A stretch of 64,000 bases of DNA, taken from Squalus acanthias (lineage: Eukaryota). The stretch covers positions 102,302,001-102,366,000 of the forward strand of contig CM059431.1 of the NCBI GenBank assembly GCA_030390025.1. The letters are read 5' to 3'. The notes under the pieces were generated by a model that did no database searches, was not told the origin of the DNA, and saw nothing but the letters and a program-made list of their open reading frames with translations. This document shows positions 1 to 12,200 of the stretch, piece after piece. Both the position numbers and the translations under genes were made by a program. The number at the start of each line of letters is the position of its first letter. Positions within the stretch are counted from its first letter, which is position 1.

Positions 1-825
1 TTAAGGATTGAGAAAGAAACAGAAGAACGACGGAGAAGGAAACAGGGTGAATTAGAGTCAAATCAGGTAGAGAGAGAGAAATAAAGAGAGGGAAAGAAAA
101 AGAAAAAATGTAATTTAAAAAATAACTCTCATGAACAATTCCCTACCTGAAGGAATGAGGCTCCAGAGTTTCAATTGTTCCCTTTACGGGTGGAGAGGTT
201 GACAGCGGGGAGGCTGAGGGCGGGATGCCGTTTGTGTGAAGGGAACAGCGGAGTGGTGTAAATCCTCCAGCAAGGTCTGGAGATTCACGACTCACGACAC
301 AGCTCCTCATCCCCTGAACTCGCTGGCCGATTTACGCATGAATAACGCCGTGCGTCGTCAACGCGCCGTTATCGTTCCAGTGAGATCCGGCCCAATATTG
401 GGGAAGAGCGTCGGGGGTCTTAGACTCTATCTGGACATTCTGTACCTGACCTGACGGTAGCTGAGGGACCAAATCCCCCCCAAATCGTTTTGGCAAAAAA
501 ATTAGAAAAGATTTGGCAAAGGAATAATACTGTAATTGGTTTTCTTAACACAAACAGAAAGAGAATTCCCGAACTCTCTGACAACCGTGGATCAGATGAC
601 CCTGCGTTTGACAAAAAGCGATTTTCTAAGGGCCTCAAAGTGTCATCAAGGCAGTCCCATTACGGATACAACACAAAAAGCTGCCTAATTTTGAAAACTA
701 AGGCGTACGTTATAGGCGGGATGATTTAGTGCTCAATTCTGGAAGCTGTGAATGAAGCATTGTGCGCCGAGCAGACCAGCCCGTTGCTTCCCTGAAAAAG
801 CCTCAAGGAAACAGGACTCCCAACA

Positions 826-1130
826 GAAAAAAGATTCACATTTATATAGCGCCTTTCACGACCTCAGGACGTCCCAAAGCGCTTTACAGCCAATGAAGTA
901 CTTTTTTTGACATGTAGTCACTGTTGTAATGTAGGAAAAGTGGCAGCCAATCTGCGCACAGCAAGCTCCCACAAACAGCAATGTGATAATGACCAGATCA
1001 TCTGTTTTTGTGATGTTGATTGAGGGATAAATATTGGCCCCAGGACTCCCCTGCTCTTCTTTGAAATAGTGCCGCGGGATCGATTACGTCCACCTCGTTT
1101 TAACGTCACAGCTGTGGCTCAGTTGGTCGC
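826..1130 (-). mobile_element. SacSINE1/DeuSINE-like SINE, partial
   Basis: Reverse complement of the SINE body seen full length at 4516 and 8228; L2-type 3' tail. Confidence 0.8.
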
Positions 1131-1219
1131 AGGTTCACAGTCCCCACACAGCGAGTAGGAGACAGACTGAGCCCGAATTCTGGCACTGTGCTTTTGTGAT
1201 TGGGAGAGTAGCAGATCAA

Positions 1220-1765
1220 TGTTACAGAACGAGGCCATTCGGCCCATCGTGCCTGTGCTGACGCACTGAACGAGCTGTCCAATTAGTCCCACTCCCCTGC
1301 TCTTAGCCCTGAAAATGTTCTTTTCAAGTATTTATCCAATTCCCTTTTGAAAGTTACTATTGAATCTTCCTTTCAGGCAGCGCGTTCCGGATCACAACAA
1401 CTCGCTGCGTAAAAAATAACTCTCCCCATCTCCCCCCTGGTTCTTTTGCCAATTATTTTTAAATCCGTGTCCTCTGGTTACCGACCCTCCTGCCAGTGGG
1501 AAACAGTTTCTCCCCGTCTACCCTATCAAAACCCCTCATGATTTTGAACGCCTCTGTCAAATCTCCTCTTAACCTTCTCCGCTCGAAGGAGAACCATCTC
1601 AGCTTTCCCCAGTCTCTCCACATAGCAACTGAAGTCCCCGGTGTCATTCCAGTGAATCTCCCTCACAGCCTCTCCAAGGCCTTGACGCCCTTTCTAAAGT
1701 GCGGCGCCCAGAATTGGAGACAATACTCCAGGCTGAGGCCGGACCAGTGATTTATAAAGGTTTAG
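1220..1765 (-). mobile_element. CR1 LINE 3' fragment
   Basis: RRLRGDLTEAFKIMRGFDRVD peptide; 3' stem gggccgaatggcct. Confidence 0.85.
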
Positions 1766-1805
1766 CCCTTCACTTGCACAGTTTGAGAAAGTGTCGGATT
1801 GTGCA

Positions 1806-2412
1806 AACATAGAAACATAGAGACATAGAAGATAGGAGCAGGAGTAGGCCATTCGGCCCCTCTAGCCTGCTCCGCCATTCAATGCGATCATGGCTGATCA
1901 TTCAAATTCAGAACCCTGTCCCTGCTTTCTCCCCATATCCCTTGATCCCTTTAGCCTTAAGAAATATATCTAACTCCTTCTTGAATATATTTAATGAATT
2001 GGCCTCTACTGCCTTCTGTGGTAGAGAATTCCACAGGTTCACCACTCTCTGGGTGAAGAAATTCCTCCTCATTTCTGTCCTAAATGGCTTACCCCTTATC
2101 CTTAGACTGTGACCCCTGGTTCTGGACTCCCCCGACCATCGGGAACATCCTTCCTGCATCTAGTCTGTCCAGTCCTTTCAGAATTTTATAAGTTTCAATG
2201 AGATCCCCTCTCATTCTTCTAAACTCCAGCGAGTATAAGCCTAATCGACCCAATCTCTCCTCATATGTCATTCCTGCCATCCCAGGTATCAGCCTGGTGA
2301 ATCTTCGCTGAACTCCTTCCATGGCAAGAACATCCTTCCTCAGATAAGGCGACCAAAACTGCACACAATACTCAAGGTGTGGTCTCACCAAGGCCCTGTA
2401 CAACTGCAGCAA
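1806..2412 (-). mobile_element. CR1 (HER1-like) LINE 3' fragment
   Basis: [19 protein letters not shown]...FFTQRVVNLWNSLP; (tctatgtt)n tail. Confidence 0.9.
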
Positions 2413-3371
2413 ACACACACTGGGAGCTGTAGTGGCTGTTTTGAGCATCAACCGCCTCACCACAGAAAAGCCCTGTGATGTAGCGGGTTCTGTTGGAATA
2501 GGTCACTTCCTATTTGAAGGCTCGAGACTCCCGTTTATCAGGTTTTTTAAAAAAAATGAGCAGCTGGCTGCCTTCCATCCGTGTCCCAAAGGGATTGGAA
2601 TCTCCTGCACAAAATTGTCTTGGTCTGGTTTGGGGAGGCGGGGGCAGTTCTCCTGTAACACAAACCCGCTCATTGACTCTTGTTTAATGAACAGCTCTCT
2701 CGAGCCCTATTGCGCAGAATGGCCATTAAAAGATGACGCTCGATATTAACGGTGGAACATTAGCTCTTTTCGGATAATGTTGGGACGCAGTAAAATTGAT
2801 TTTGGAGAAGGTTACTCATAATCTACGATCGTCTCTGCTCCCAACACTAGATTCAACTCGACTGTTAAGCAGCACTCAAGGCTCCACTTTTCACAGGTGC
2901 TGTTGTACTGGCTGCATCTCGTTCCAGGTCAGTTATAAGTCGTGATAAAGAAAAGGAGCTGCGTGTGCAAGTGTCCGCTGTTGCACACGCCAACTTAACA
3001 AGGACCGAGCCTTTAGTGTGTCAAATGAACAGAATTTTCCGCAGCGCGGAGACTGCAGCAAATCTCCACTCGGACTCGGACGTGGCCATGAGATTTCAAA
3101 CGCTGAACTGTGACGGCCAGAGTAAGGCTGGAGCCTGTAATATAATCAAATGTTGTGAGGGTGTTACAGAAGCTTGCAAAGGCTACTCATTTGAGAAGCA
3201 CCAACACAGAAATGTACCGATTGCGGCCTCGAGCAATACTCGTGGCCAACTACAAAAAAATTGTTTGACCTTTACGGGCTGTGTTCCGAATTGCAAACAC
3301 AAAATAATTTAAAAAAAATATTTCCAAGTTAAGCGGCCTGCTTGAAACTCAAATACAACGGAGTCTCCTTT

Positions 3372-3617
3372 GAGGAGAACTTTTTTCACCCAGAGGGTGG
3401 TGGGGGTCTGGAACTCACTGCCTGAAAGGGTGGTAGAGGCAGAAACCCTCATCGCATTTTAAAAGTACTTGGATCTTCACTTGAAGTGCCGTAACCTGCA
3501 GGGCTACGGACCAAGAGCTGGAAAGTGAGATTAGGCTGGATAGCTCTTTGTCGGCCGGCACAGACACGATGGGCCGAATGGCCTCCTTCTGTGCTGTAAA
3601 TTTCTATGATTCTATGA
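3372..3617 (+). mobile_element. CR1 LINE 3' end
   Basis: FTQRVVGVWNSLPE region and (ttctatga)n tail. Confidence 0.85.
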
Positions 3618-3749
3618 TAAGTGCAGGCAATTGAGGATTCCTGTATCTGCACTTGTACAAATCCCAAAATGACCAATCCAATATTATACAGTGTGAAGAT
3701 TACTAACATACAAACACGATAGATAGGGAAATAAATCAACAGCCCCATC

Positions 3750-3786
3750 AGTTCTGACGAAGGGTCATCGACCTGAAACGTTGACT
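3750..3786 (+). ncRNA. Minimal type I hammerhead ribozyme motif
   Basis: agtt-CTGACGA-a-gggtc-atc-gacct-GAAA-cg-TT-gact. Confidence 0.65.
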
Positions 3787-3883
3787 CTGTTTCTCTCTCC
3801 TCAGATGCTGCCTGACCGGCTGAGTGTTTCCAGCATTTTCTGTTTTTATTTCAGATTTCCAGCATCCGCAGTGTTTTGCTTTT
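3750..3883 (+). mobile_element. Penelope-like element terminal repeat (solo)
   Basis: Closely similar to 60809-60910, which follows a GIY-YIG ORF. Confidence 0.75.
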
Positions 3884-3965
3884 ACAACAGGTCCATGAAA
3901 CTTGTTCCACACAGTCGTTGCAACTGGGCGTCATGATCGCCCCCCTCCCAATGCTCCCACCCACC

Positions 3966-4305
3966 AGCAACAACAACTTGCGTTTATTTATATAGCACCT
4001 TTAACTGGAGTAAAACAGCCCAAAGGTGCTTCACAGGAGCAAAATCAGACAGAATTTGACACCGAGCCACGTAAGGAGATAATAGGACAGGAGGTCAAAG
4101 AGGTCGGTTTTAAGGAGCGTCTTAAAGGAGGAGAGAGAGTTAGAGAAACGGAGAGGTTTAGGGAGGGAATTTCAGAGCTCAGGGCCCAGGAAGCTGAAGG
4201 CATGGCTATCAATGGTGGAGCGATGAAAATCGGGGGATGCGCAAGAGGCCAGAATTGGAGGAGAGCAGAGATCTCGGCAGGTTGTAGGGCTGGAGGTGGT
4301 TACAC
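3966..4305 (-). mobile_element. L2 LINE 3' fragment
   Basis: Matches 3' end of L2 at 45327-47742; (ttg)n tail. Confidence 0.8.
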
Positions 4306-4515
4306 AGCCATACAACCGGCTGGGAGAGGCCCAATTTTTCTTTTAAACCCTGGGCCAATTTAGAGGAAAGAAAGAATTCTGGGATATTCCTCTCCGAACC
4401 CCGAGGTTGATCAAAACGAGATCCAGGAGATCATGAGGGACATCACCCAACACCCCACCTAACCTCTGTGAGATTGAGACAGAAAATCAGCAAACTGGCC
4501 CCCAAAAACCAGAAA

Positions 4516-4972
4516 GGTGGCTCACTGGGCAGCACCCTCGCCTCTGAGTCAGAAAGTTGTGGGTTCAAGTCCCACTCGAGAGACTTGTGCACAGAAATCT
4601 AGGCTGCCGCTCCCAGTGCAGTGCTGAGGGAGTGCTGCACTGTCGGAGGTGCCGTCTTTCAGATGAGATGTTAAACCGAGGCCCCGTCTGCTCTCTCAGA
4701 TGGATGTAAAAGATCCCACGGCCACTATTTCGAAGAAGAGCAGGGGGAGTCCTGGGGCCAATATTTTCCCCTCAACCAACATCACTAAAAATAAACAGAT
4801 CATCTGGTCGTTATCACATTGCTGTTTGTGGGAGCTTGCTGTGCGCAAATTGGCTGCCGCGTTTCCTCCATTACAACAGTGACTACACTTCAAAAAGTAC
4901 TTCATTGACTGGAAAGCATTTTGGGACGTCCCGAGGTCGTGAAAGACACTATATAAATGCAAGTCTTTCTTT
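4516..4972 (+). mobile_element. SacSINE1/DeuSINE-like SINE, near full length
   Basis: tRNA-like head (gtggctca..., ggttcaagtccc), central domain, L2-like tail. Confidence 0.85.
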
Positions 4973-5266
4973 TATATATTTACAGTGACACAGTGCGAAA
5001 AACTGAACACAGCGCTCCCAATTGTTGACTGAATAACTTAGCATAACTTCTACAGACTAGTATTCTCCTGTTTGGTTAGATACTTCAGCATTTTAATTGT
5101 TTTGTCACGTTGTCCGGACATGTGTACTATTATTACAACAACAACATACATATACATTGGCTGGAGTCCAGCAGAGAGTGAAGAGTGGGGTGATAAATCA
5201 GTTTTATTGTTGTGCACGATCACTCCCAAGCCTCTTGCTTGGTACCCCGTGTTAATTCAATGCTGA

Positions 5267-5897
5267 ATTTTTTTTATTCGTTCCTGGGATGTGGGCGTCG
5301 CTGGCGAGGCCAGCATTTATTGCCCTCGAGAAGGTGGTGGTGAGCCGCCTTCTTGAACCGCTGCAGTCCGTGTGGTGATGGTACTCCCACAGTGCTGTTA
5401 GGGAGGGAGTTCCAGGATTTTGACCCAGCGACGATGAAGGATCGGCGATATACTTCTAAGTCAGGATGGTGTGTGACTTGGAGGGGAACTTAGAGGTGGT
5501 GGTGTTCCCATGCGCCTGCTGCCCTTGTCCTTCTAGGTGGAAGAGGTCGCGGGTTTGGGAGGTGCTACCGAAGAAGCCTTGGCGAGTTGCTGCAGTGCAT
5601 CTTGTGGATGGTACACACTGCAGCCACGGTACGCCGGCGGTGGAGGGAGTGAATGTTTAAGGTGGTGGATGGGGTGACAATCAAGCGGGCTGCTTTGTCC
5701 TGGATGGTGTCGAGCTTCTTGTGTTGTTGGAGCAGCACTCATCCAGGCAAGTGGAGAGTATTCCATCACACTCCTTACTTGTGCCTTGTAGATGGTGGAA
5801 AGGCTTTGGGGAGTCAGGAGGTGAGACACTCGCCGCAGAATACCCAGCCTCTGACCTGCTCTTGTAGCCACAGCATTTATGTGGCTGGTCCAGTTAA
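5267..5897 (-). mobile_element. CR1/L2-group LINE 3' fragment (subclade uncertain, Zenon-like)
   Basis: YKAQVRSVMEYSPLAWMSAAPTT peptide; A-rich tail. Confidence 0.75.
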
Positions 5898-6940
5898 GGT
5901 TCTGGATGTTGATGACCCATACAGTTCTTTTCTCCCCCCCCCAATACGCAACAATACTTTCTGTAATTTTACAGTGCGTATCTTCCTGGGGGGTCTCTGG
6001 CTACCTTGGTGGTTACCAGGCCGGGCGTTGTTGGCGAGGTTAGTGCAGTGTGTGTGTCAATGTGAGGTGTTGCCTTTAACAGCGATAGCTATGGCCGAAT
6101 GATTAGTTGGCTGCCATAATCCCTAGAGTAATAAAGGCTGACAGCTCCAGATGCTTCGCTCTTGGTGAGACGCATTGATTTGTCAGTTCAAGATTAACTT
6201 AAACTACTTAACCTCCCAGCACACTGCGGCCACTCCTCGCTCAGCCCCTTCTGTGGCAAGTTACCAACTGAACTGCAGCTAGCACCGTCAGACAGAGGCG
6301 TGAAACACAGAGTCTTATCCACCTCGCTCTCCCGTGCCGTTATTCGGCAATTTTTTAATCACTGGTGCGTGCGTATCAAAGTCACCCTGCAGTGAAACGT
6401 AAAAAAATTAAAATCAACCTTGATCTTTTCCGTTACAGTAACTCCGCAGAGGGTTATCTGACTGGCAAGCAGCAGACAGCAGGATCATTGTCTGAATAGC
6501 AGATCAGCCAGTGCAAGCCACAAACCTGAATTATCCCAGCAAAGCCACACCCGAGGCATTTCCTTCATTCACAATGCCTCCGAGAAACGGGAGAAGGAAG
6601 AGGGAAGGCGGCAGAATGGAACTGGTCTCCACAGTTGCCGGTTACCTGGACTGTAGAATTATATAAGTTTCATATTCAGATTACAGCGCGCTCTCAGCGA
6701 CCCCCAGAACAATTAGCTCAAGGCAAGGTCACTCTTCTTCAACTTACCAACAGCTGCTGCAAATATATTATTGCCAAATGCCAAGGACCAAAAAAAAAAG
6801 TAGGAGTGCACAGTTGGAAGCTTTCTGACCTCGGAGTCAACCAGTTGTGGGTCAGGCCCCAAACCGGCTTACTTCATTGTATAAGTTAGGCCAATAGTTC
6901 AGAGCAGTACTGAGGGGCGACTGCATTGTTGGAGGTGCCA

Positions 6941-7175
6941 CTGGTGGCCGTGCCTTCAGCTGCCTGGGCCCGAAGCTCTGGAATTCCCTCCCTAAACCTC
7001 TCGCTCCCGCTTTAAGATGCTCCTTAAAAACCTGCCTCTTTGACCAAGCCTTTGGTCACCTGTCCCAATATCCTTGTGTGGCTCGGTGTCAAATTTTGTC
7101 TGATAATCGCTCCTGCGAAGCGCCGCGGGTCGTTTCACTATGTTAAAGGCGCTGTATAAATGCAAGTTGCTGTTG
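6941..7175 (+). mobile_element. L2 LINE 3' fragment nested in SINE
   Basis: L2 3' UTR and tail. Confidence 0.75.
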
Positions 7176-7525
7176 TGCCACCGTTTGGATGAGACGTTAA
7201 ACCAAGGGCCCCGTCTGCCTGGCGAGGTAGATGCACAAGATCCCATCGCAATATTCAAAAGGAGGACAGGGAGTTCTCCCCGTGGTCCTGACCAACATTT
7301 GCCCCTCAACCAACCGCTCCAAAAAACAGAGCAACTGGTCATTCATCTCATTTGCTTTGTGGGACCTTGCTGTGTAAAAATTGGGTGCAGTGTCACCTAC
7401 ATTCCAACAGCAATTACACTTCCTAAGTAATGTGTTGATGATGGGGAGATGCCGGTGTTGGCTGGGGTGGACAAATATGAGAAGTCGCACAACACCAGGT
7501 TATAGTCCAACAGTTTTATTTGAAA

Positions 7526-7562
7526 TCACAAGCTTTCGGAGCGCTGCTCCTTCGTCAGGTGA
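7526..7562 (-). ncRNA. Minimal hammerhead ribozyme motif (minus arm)
   Basis: Reverse complement reads tcac-CTGACGA-a-ggagc-agc-gctcc-GAAA-gc-TT-gtga. Confidence 0.65.
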
Positions 7563-7564
7563 CT

Positions 7565-7602
7565 TCACCTGACGAAGGAGCAGCCGCTCCGAAAGCTTGT
7601 GA
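7565..7602 (+). ncRNA. Minimal hammerhead ribozyme motif (plus arm)
   Basis: tcac-CTGACGA-a-ggagc-agcc-gctcc-GAAA-gc-TT-gtga. Confidence 0.65.
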
Positions 7603-8227
7603 TTTCAAATAAAACTGTTGGACTATAACCTGGTGTTGTGCGACTTCTCACATAAGTAATGTGTTGACTGCGAAGCGGTTTGGGACACCCCAGGGACATA
7701 TTAACGTGCTATGTAGAAATGCAAACTGTCTCTATTTTCTGTGTAAAGCCCGAATATCAGGTGCGGAGACCATAAAAAGATATGATAATTTTGAAATGAG
7801 AGACTAAGGGGTGACCCAGAGGTTCTGAAAGAGCTGTACAACAATCTACAGTGAACATTTGCTAAAAGGAGACCAGACTGGAGTGAAGCCCAGTAATTGT
7901 CATTTTCCACTTCCTGGTCGCGGGTGGAATATCCTGCTAAAGCTCCTGTGAACCGCCTTGGGATGTTTTACTGTGTTAAAGGCGCTATATTTGCTGATGA
8001 TGTAGTTGTAATGAAACATGGCCATTCTATTCATGAAGAATGACCCAGCCAACACTGAGTTCTCATCTTTCTTTTCAAAGGTTGTATTTTTTTCCCTCAA
8101 TCTGAAATGTGAACTGTTAACAAGGTGCTGCTTTTTACTGTTTTCAGGTTTTATCTTGGGTAAACATTCAACTGCCTAAGCAAGAGGTTAAGGTCACAAC
8201 TGTGAAAAAAAGACAAAAACACAAAGA

Positions 8228-8705
8228 GCTGTGGCTCAGTGGGCAGCACTCTCGCCTCTGAGTCAGAAGGTTTCGGGTTCGTAGTCCCACTCCAGAGGCT
8301 TGAGCACAAAATCCAGGCCCAGCACTCCCAGTGCAGCACCGAAGGAGTGCTGCACTGTCAGAGGTGCCGTCTTTCGGATGAAACGTTAAACCGAGGCCCC
8401 CGTCTGCCCTCTCGGGCGGACGTAAAAGATCCCAGGGCCACTATTTTGAAGAAGAGCAGGGCGAGTTCTCCCCGGTGTCCTGGGGCCAACATTTATCCCT
8501 CAACCAACATCACTAAAAACAGATGATCCGGTCATTATCACATTGCTGTTTGTGGGATCTTACTGTGCGCAAATTGGCTGCCGCGTTTCCTACATTACAA
8601 CAGTGACCACACTTCAAAAAGTACTTCATTGGCTGTAAAGCGCTTTGGGACGTCCTGAGGTACTATAATGTCCATGGAAGGTATTATATAAATGCATGTT
8701 CTTTC
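8228..8705 (+). mobile_element. SacSINE1/DeuSINE-like SINE, full length
   Basis: A/B-box head, central domain, tail. Confidence 0.85.
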
Positions 8706-9165
8706 TTCCCCCCCACCCCCCCGCCCCCCCCACCCATTCAGTGCAATCTGCAAACTGAGCTTTGGTTCTGTTCCAGCTCCAAGTGATCTGATATATAGTG
8801 TGAACAGCAATAGCTCCAACACTATCCCAATGGCACCCATGGTAGGGACCCCCCCTTGCAATGTCAACACAGCTCTCTCACAACCACCTCGGCTTGAGAA
8901 AATGTTTCAATGCACCTCGGGTGGTGAGCTCCTATCCTGTGTCTTGTGTGGCAAGGTGGCAGAAAGAAAGAACAAATCTGCATTTATATAGCGCCTTTCA
9001 CAGCCTCGGGGGCCTCCAAAGCCCTTCACAACCAGCTGGTCTACTTTGGAAGTGTGGTCACTGTTTGCTGAAACCTAAATAACCCAACATCCACTGAAGA
9101 ACTTCCTCCTTTCTCAGTAAAGGTCTGTAGTTTCCTCAAAAAACCCTCCAATGGGCCAGCTGGAG

Positions 9166-10127
9166 ATAGAATCATAGAATCATAGAAATTCACAGCACAG
9201 AAGGAGGCCATTCGGCCCATCGTGTCCGCGCCGGCCGACAAAGAGCTACCCAGCTTAATCCCACTTGCCAGCTCTTGGTCCGTAGCCCTGTAGGTTACGG
9301 CACTTCAAGTGCACATCCAAGTACTTTTTAAATGTGGTGAGGGTTTCTGCCTCTCCCACCCTTTCAGGCAGTGAGTTCCAGACCCCCACCACCCTCTGGG
9401 TGAACAACGTTCCCCTCAACTCCCCTCTAATCCTTCTACCAATGACTTTAAATCTTTGCCCCCTGGTTATTGACCTCTCTGCTAAGGGAAATAGGTCCTT
9501 CCTATCCACTCTATCTAGGCCCCTCATAACTTTATACACCTCAATTAGGTCTTCCCCTCAGCCTCCTCTGTTCCAAAGAAAACAACCCCAGCCTATCCAA
9601 TCTTTCCTCGTAGCTAAAATTCCCCAGCCCAGGCAACATCCTCGTAAATCTCCTCTGCACCCCCTCTAGGGCAATCACATCTTTCCTGTAATGTGGTGAC
9701 CAGAACTGCACGCAGTACTCTAGCTGTGGCCTAACTTGTGTTTTATACTGTTCACAGAATCACAACAGTGCAGATAGAGGCCATTTCGGCCCATCGAGCC
9801 TGCACCGACACATATCCCACCCTATCCCCGTAACCCCACGTATTTAATCCCCCCTAACACTAAGGGTCAATTTATCATAGCCAAATCAACCTAACCCACA
9901 CATCTTTGGACTGTGGGAGGAAACCGGAGCACCCGGAGGAAACCCACGCAGACCCGGGGAGAATGTGCAAACTCCACACAGACAGTCACCCGGGCCGGAT
10001 TCGAACCCGGGTCCCTGGCGCTGTGAGGCAACAGTGCTAACCACTATGCCACCGTGTTGCCCATCTAGCATAACCCCCCACTGCTCTTGTATTCTATGCC
10101 ACAGCTAATAAAGGAAAGTATCCCGTA
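9166..10127 (-). mobile_element. CR1 3' fragment split by an HE1-like SINE (duplicated at ~13467-14429)
   Basis: VMRGLDRVDRKDLFP peptide; CR1 sequence resumes at 10064. Confidence 0.85.
9754..10063 (-). mobile_element. HE1-like tRNA-derived SINE (duplicated at ~14055-14365)
   Basis: Head gggcaacacggtggcatagtggttagcac, B box ggttcgaatcc, central ctccgggtgctccggtttcctccc, CR1-like tail. Confidence 0.85.
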
Positions 10128-10128
10128 T

Positions 10129-10561
10129 GGGCGACACGGTGGCATAGTGGTTAGCACTGGTGCCTCACAGCGTCAGTAGACCCGGGTTCGAATCTGGCTT
10201 CGGGTGACTGTCTGTGTGGAGTTTGCACATTCTCCCCGTGTCTGCGTGGGTTTCCTCCGGGTGCTCCGGTTTCCTCCCACAGTCCAAAAATGTGCGGGTT
10301 AGGTTGATTTGGCTATGATAAATTGACCCTTAGTGTTAGGGGGGGATTAAATATGTGGGGTTACGGGGATAGGATGGGATATGTTAGGGGGAATTAAATA
10401 TGTGGGGATAGGGTGGGATATGTGTCGGTGCAGGCTCGATGGGGATTCTGTGTGAGAAAGCAGGGACAGGGTACTGGATTTGGATGATCAGCCATGATCG
10501 TACTGAATGGTGGAGCAGGCTCGACGGGCCGAATGGCCTACTCCTGCTCCTAGTTTCTATG
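10129..10561 (+). mobile_element. HE1-like SINE (duplicated at ~14431-14879)
   Basis: Same head and body; CR1-derived tail; tatg repeated at both ends. Confidence 0.85.
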
Positions 10562-11379
10562 CCTTCTGAACCAGTGCGAGCTGATAACGGTGTCCGGAAC
10601 AACATCGCCCAGCCGATGCCAAATTTCCATCCAGGTCCTAAAACTGGCGTCTGGACCTGGATTTGCAGGTTCAAGGTGCCCAACACCTGCTTCAGGGAGG
10701 GGCCATTGCACAACTAGCAGCCGCACGATTCCGATTTAGCAGCCGGCGCACTTCCGGGGGTAGATCGGGCGCAAGAGATCACAGCCCAAAATTCATTCTC
10801 CCCCACCCCACCTCCCCCCCCGCCAAAATACGGGCATGAGGAGATCCAATTCCCCCCCGTGGATTCATCACCGTTACGGAGTCCCAATGAACTTTCGTAA
10901 AAACACTCTCAGCAATTACCAGAAGAAAACAAATCAAATCTATCGACCCCAGAAAATGCCAATATCCATGTGCGAGGGAAACCTTCCACACTCACCTCAC
11001 ACGGTGCGGACTAAATGGCTGTGGCATTCACTCGGAGATATTGAACAGACATTATTTGGTCGATTCCCACTTGATGGCTGGAAGGCCACAGCATCGTTCA
11101 GCCAGGAATGAGTAATTGTGAATCTAGCACAAGCCTGGCCTTTAGCCAGGAAGGATGGTGAGCACACAGCAGACTTTCAGGGATCAAGAGCCTGGCTGCG
11201 TATATTTGATTAACTTGTGCTCTGTGCACTTGGGAAATGCAAGTCAGCAGGGGCAGAATCTGGTATTTCCTTACCAAAATACACAGACACAGAACACATA
11301 CTTAGCTCAAAGAAGTGATTTGGCGAGGGGTATAAATTAAATGGCTGCATGAGCTAATGAAATGAGCTGGAAAAAAAAA

Positions 11380-11905
11380 TCACCACATTACAGGAAGGAT
11401 GTGATTGCACTAGCGAGGGTGCAGAGGAGATTTACGAGGATGTTGCCAGGACTGGAGAATTTTAGCTACGAGGAAAGATTGGATAGGCTGAGGTTGTTTT
11501 CTTTGGAACAGAGGAGGCTGAGGGGAGACCTTATTCAGGTGTATAAAATTATGAGGGGCCTAGATAGACTGGATAGGAAGCACCTATTTCCCTTAGCAGA
11601 AGGGTCAATAACCAGGGGGCATAGATTTAAAGTAATTGGTAGAAGGATTAGAGGGGAGTTGAGGGGAAATGTCTTCACCCAGAGGGTGGTGGGGGTCTGG
11701 AACTCACTGCCTGAAAGGGTGGTAGAGGCAGAAACCCTCATTACATTTAAAAAGTGCTCGGATATGCTCTTGAAGTGCTGTAACCTACAGGGCTACGGAC
11801 CAAGAGAAGGAAAGTGGGATTAGGCTGGAGAGCTCTTTGTCGGCCGGCGCGGACACGATGGGCCGAATGGCCTCCTTCCGTGCTGTAAATTTCTATGATT
11901 CTATT
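11380..11905 (+). mobile_element. CR1 3' fragment (duplicated at ~15686-16633)
   Basis: [11 protein letters not shown]...RRLRGDLIQVYKIM ORF remnant. Confidence 0.9.
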
Positions 11906-12060
11906 CTCTGAAGGCTTGCGGGTTTTTGTCAAGCTGGTGCACTCAAGGTGCTGACTATTCCAATGTTGTGCCGGTATCCCCGTGGTGAAACGGCATCCTT
12001 TCTCGCGTCACCTCAAGTATTAGATGCCGATGATATGGGATTGCCGCTCAGACACTGAAC

Positions 12061-12200
12061 TGGGGTCTCAAAGTCTGGTTGGTCGTATTCCTGAAGGTCT
12101 CATCGTGTGACCTCCCGCCCCCCCCACCACCACCTCAACCGGTCAATCAGCCTTTCTTTTGCCTCCATCTCCAATATTTTTACAACTGATTTTTTTTTAA
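12061..12200 (-). mobile_element. Degenerate hAT-like MITE fragment (duplicated at ~16789-16925)
   Basis: Resembles reverse complement of the right part of 57487-57868. Confidence 0.5.

Larger units (their letters stand above)
7439..7652. mobile_element. Palindromic Penelope-derived mini-element (inverted terminal-repeat pair plus extension)
   Basis: ~85-bp inverted arms 7478-7562/7565-7650; 15-bp direct repeat taagtaatgtgttga at 7424-7438 and 7653-7667. Confidence 0.75.
6900..7730 (+). mobile_element. SacSINE1-like SINE interrupted by L2 and Penelope-derived insertions
   Basis: SINE sequence resumes collinearly after 7176 and after 7653. Confidence 0.75.

Noticed and set aside
1..393. Possible right end of a non-autonomous DNA transposon (gatccggccc)
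   Set aside because: Other end outside the window, so TIR and TSD cannot be checked
2461..2652. Minus-strand exon candidate (AG...GT, 192 nt)
   Set aside because: Stops in all three frames
6323..6386. Minus-strand exon candidate GDFDTHAPVIKKLPNNGTGER
   Set aside because: Good acceptor but weak donor; no independent support
10129..10200. tRNA gene
   Set aside because: tRNA-like head of a SINE continuing into SINE body and CR1 tail
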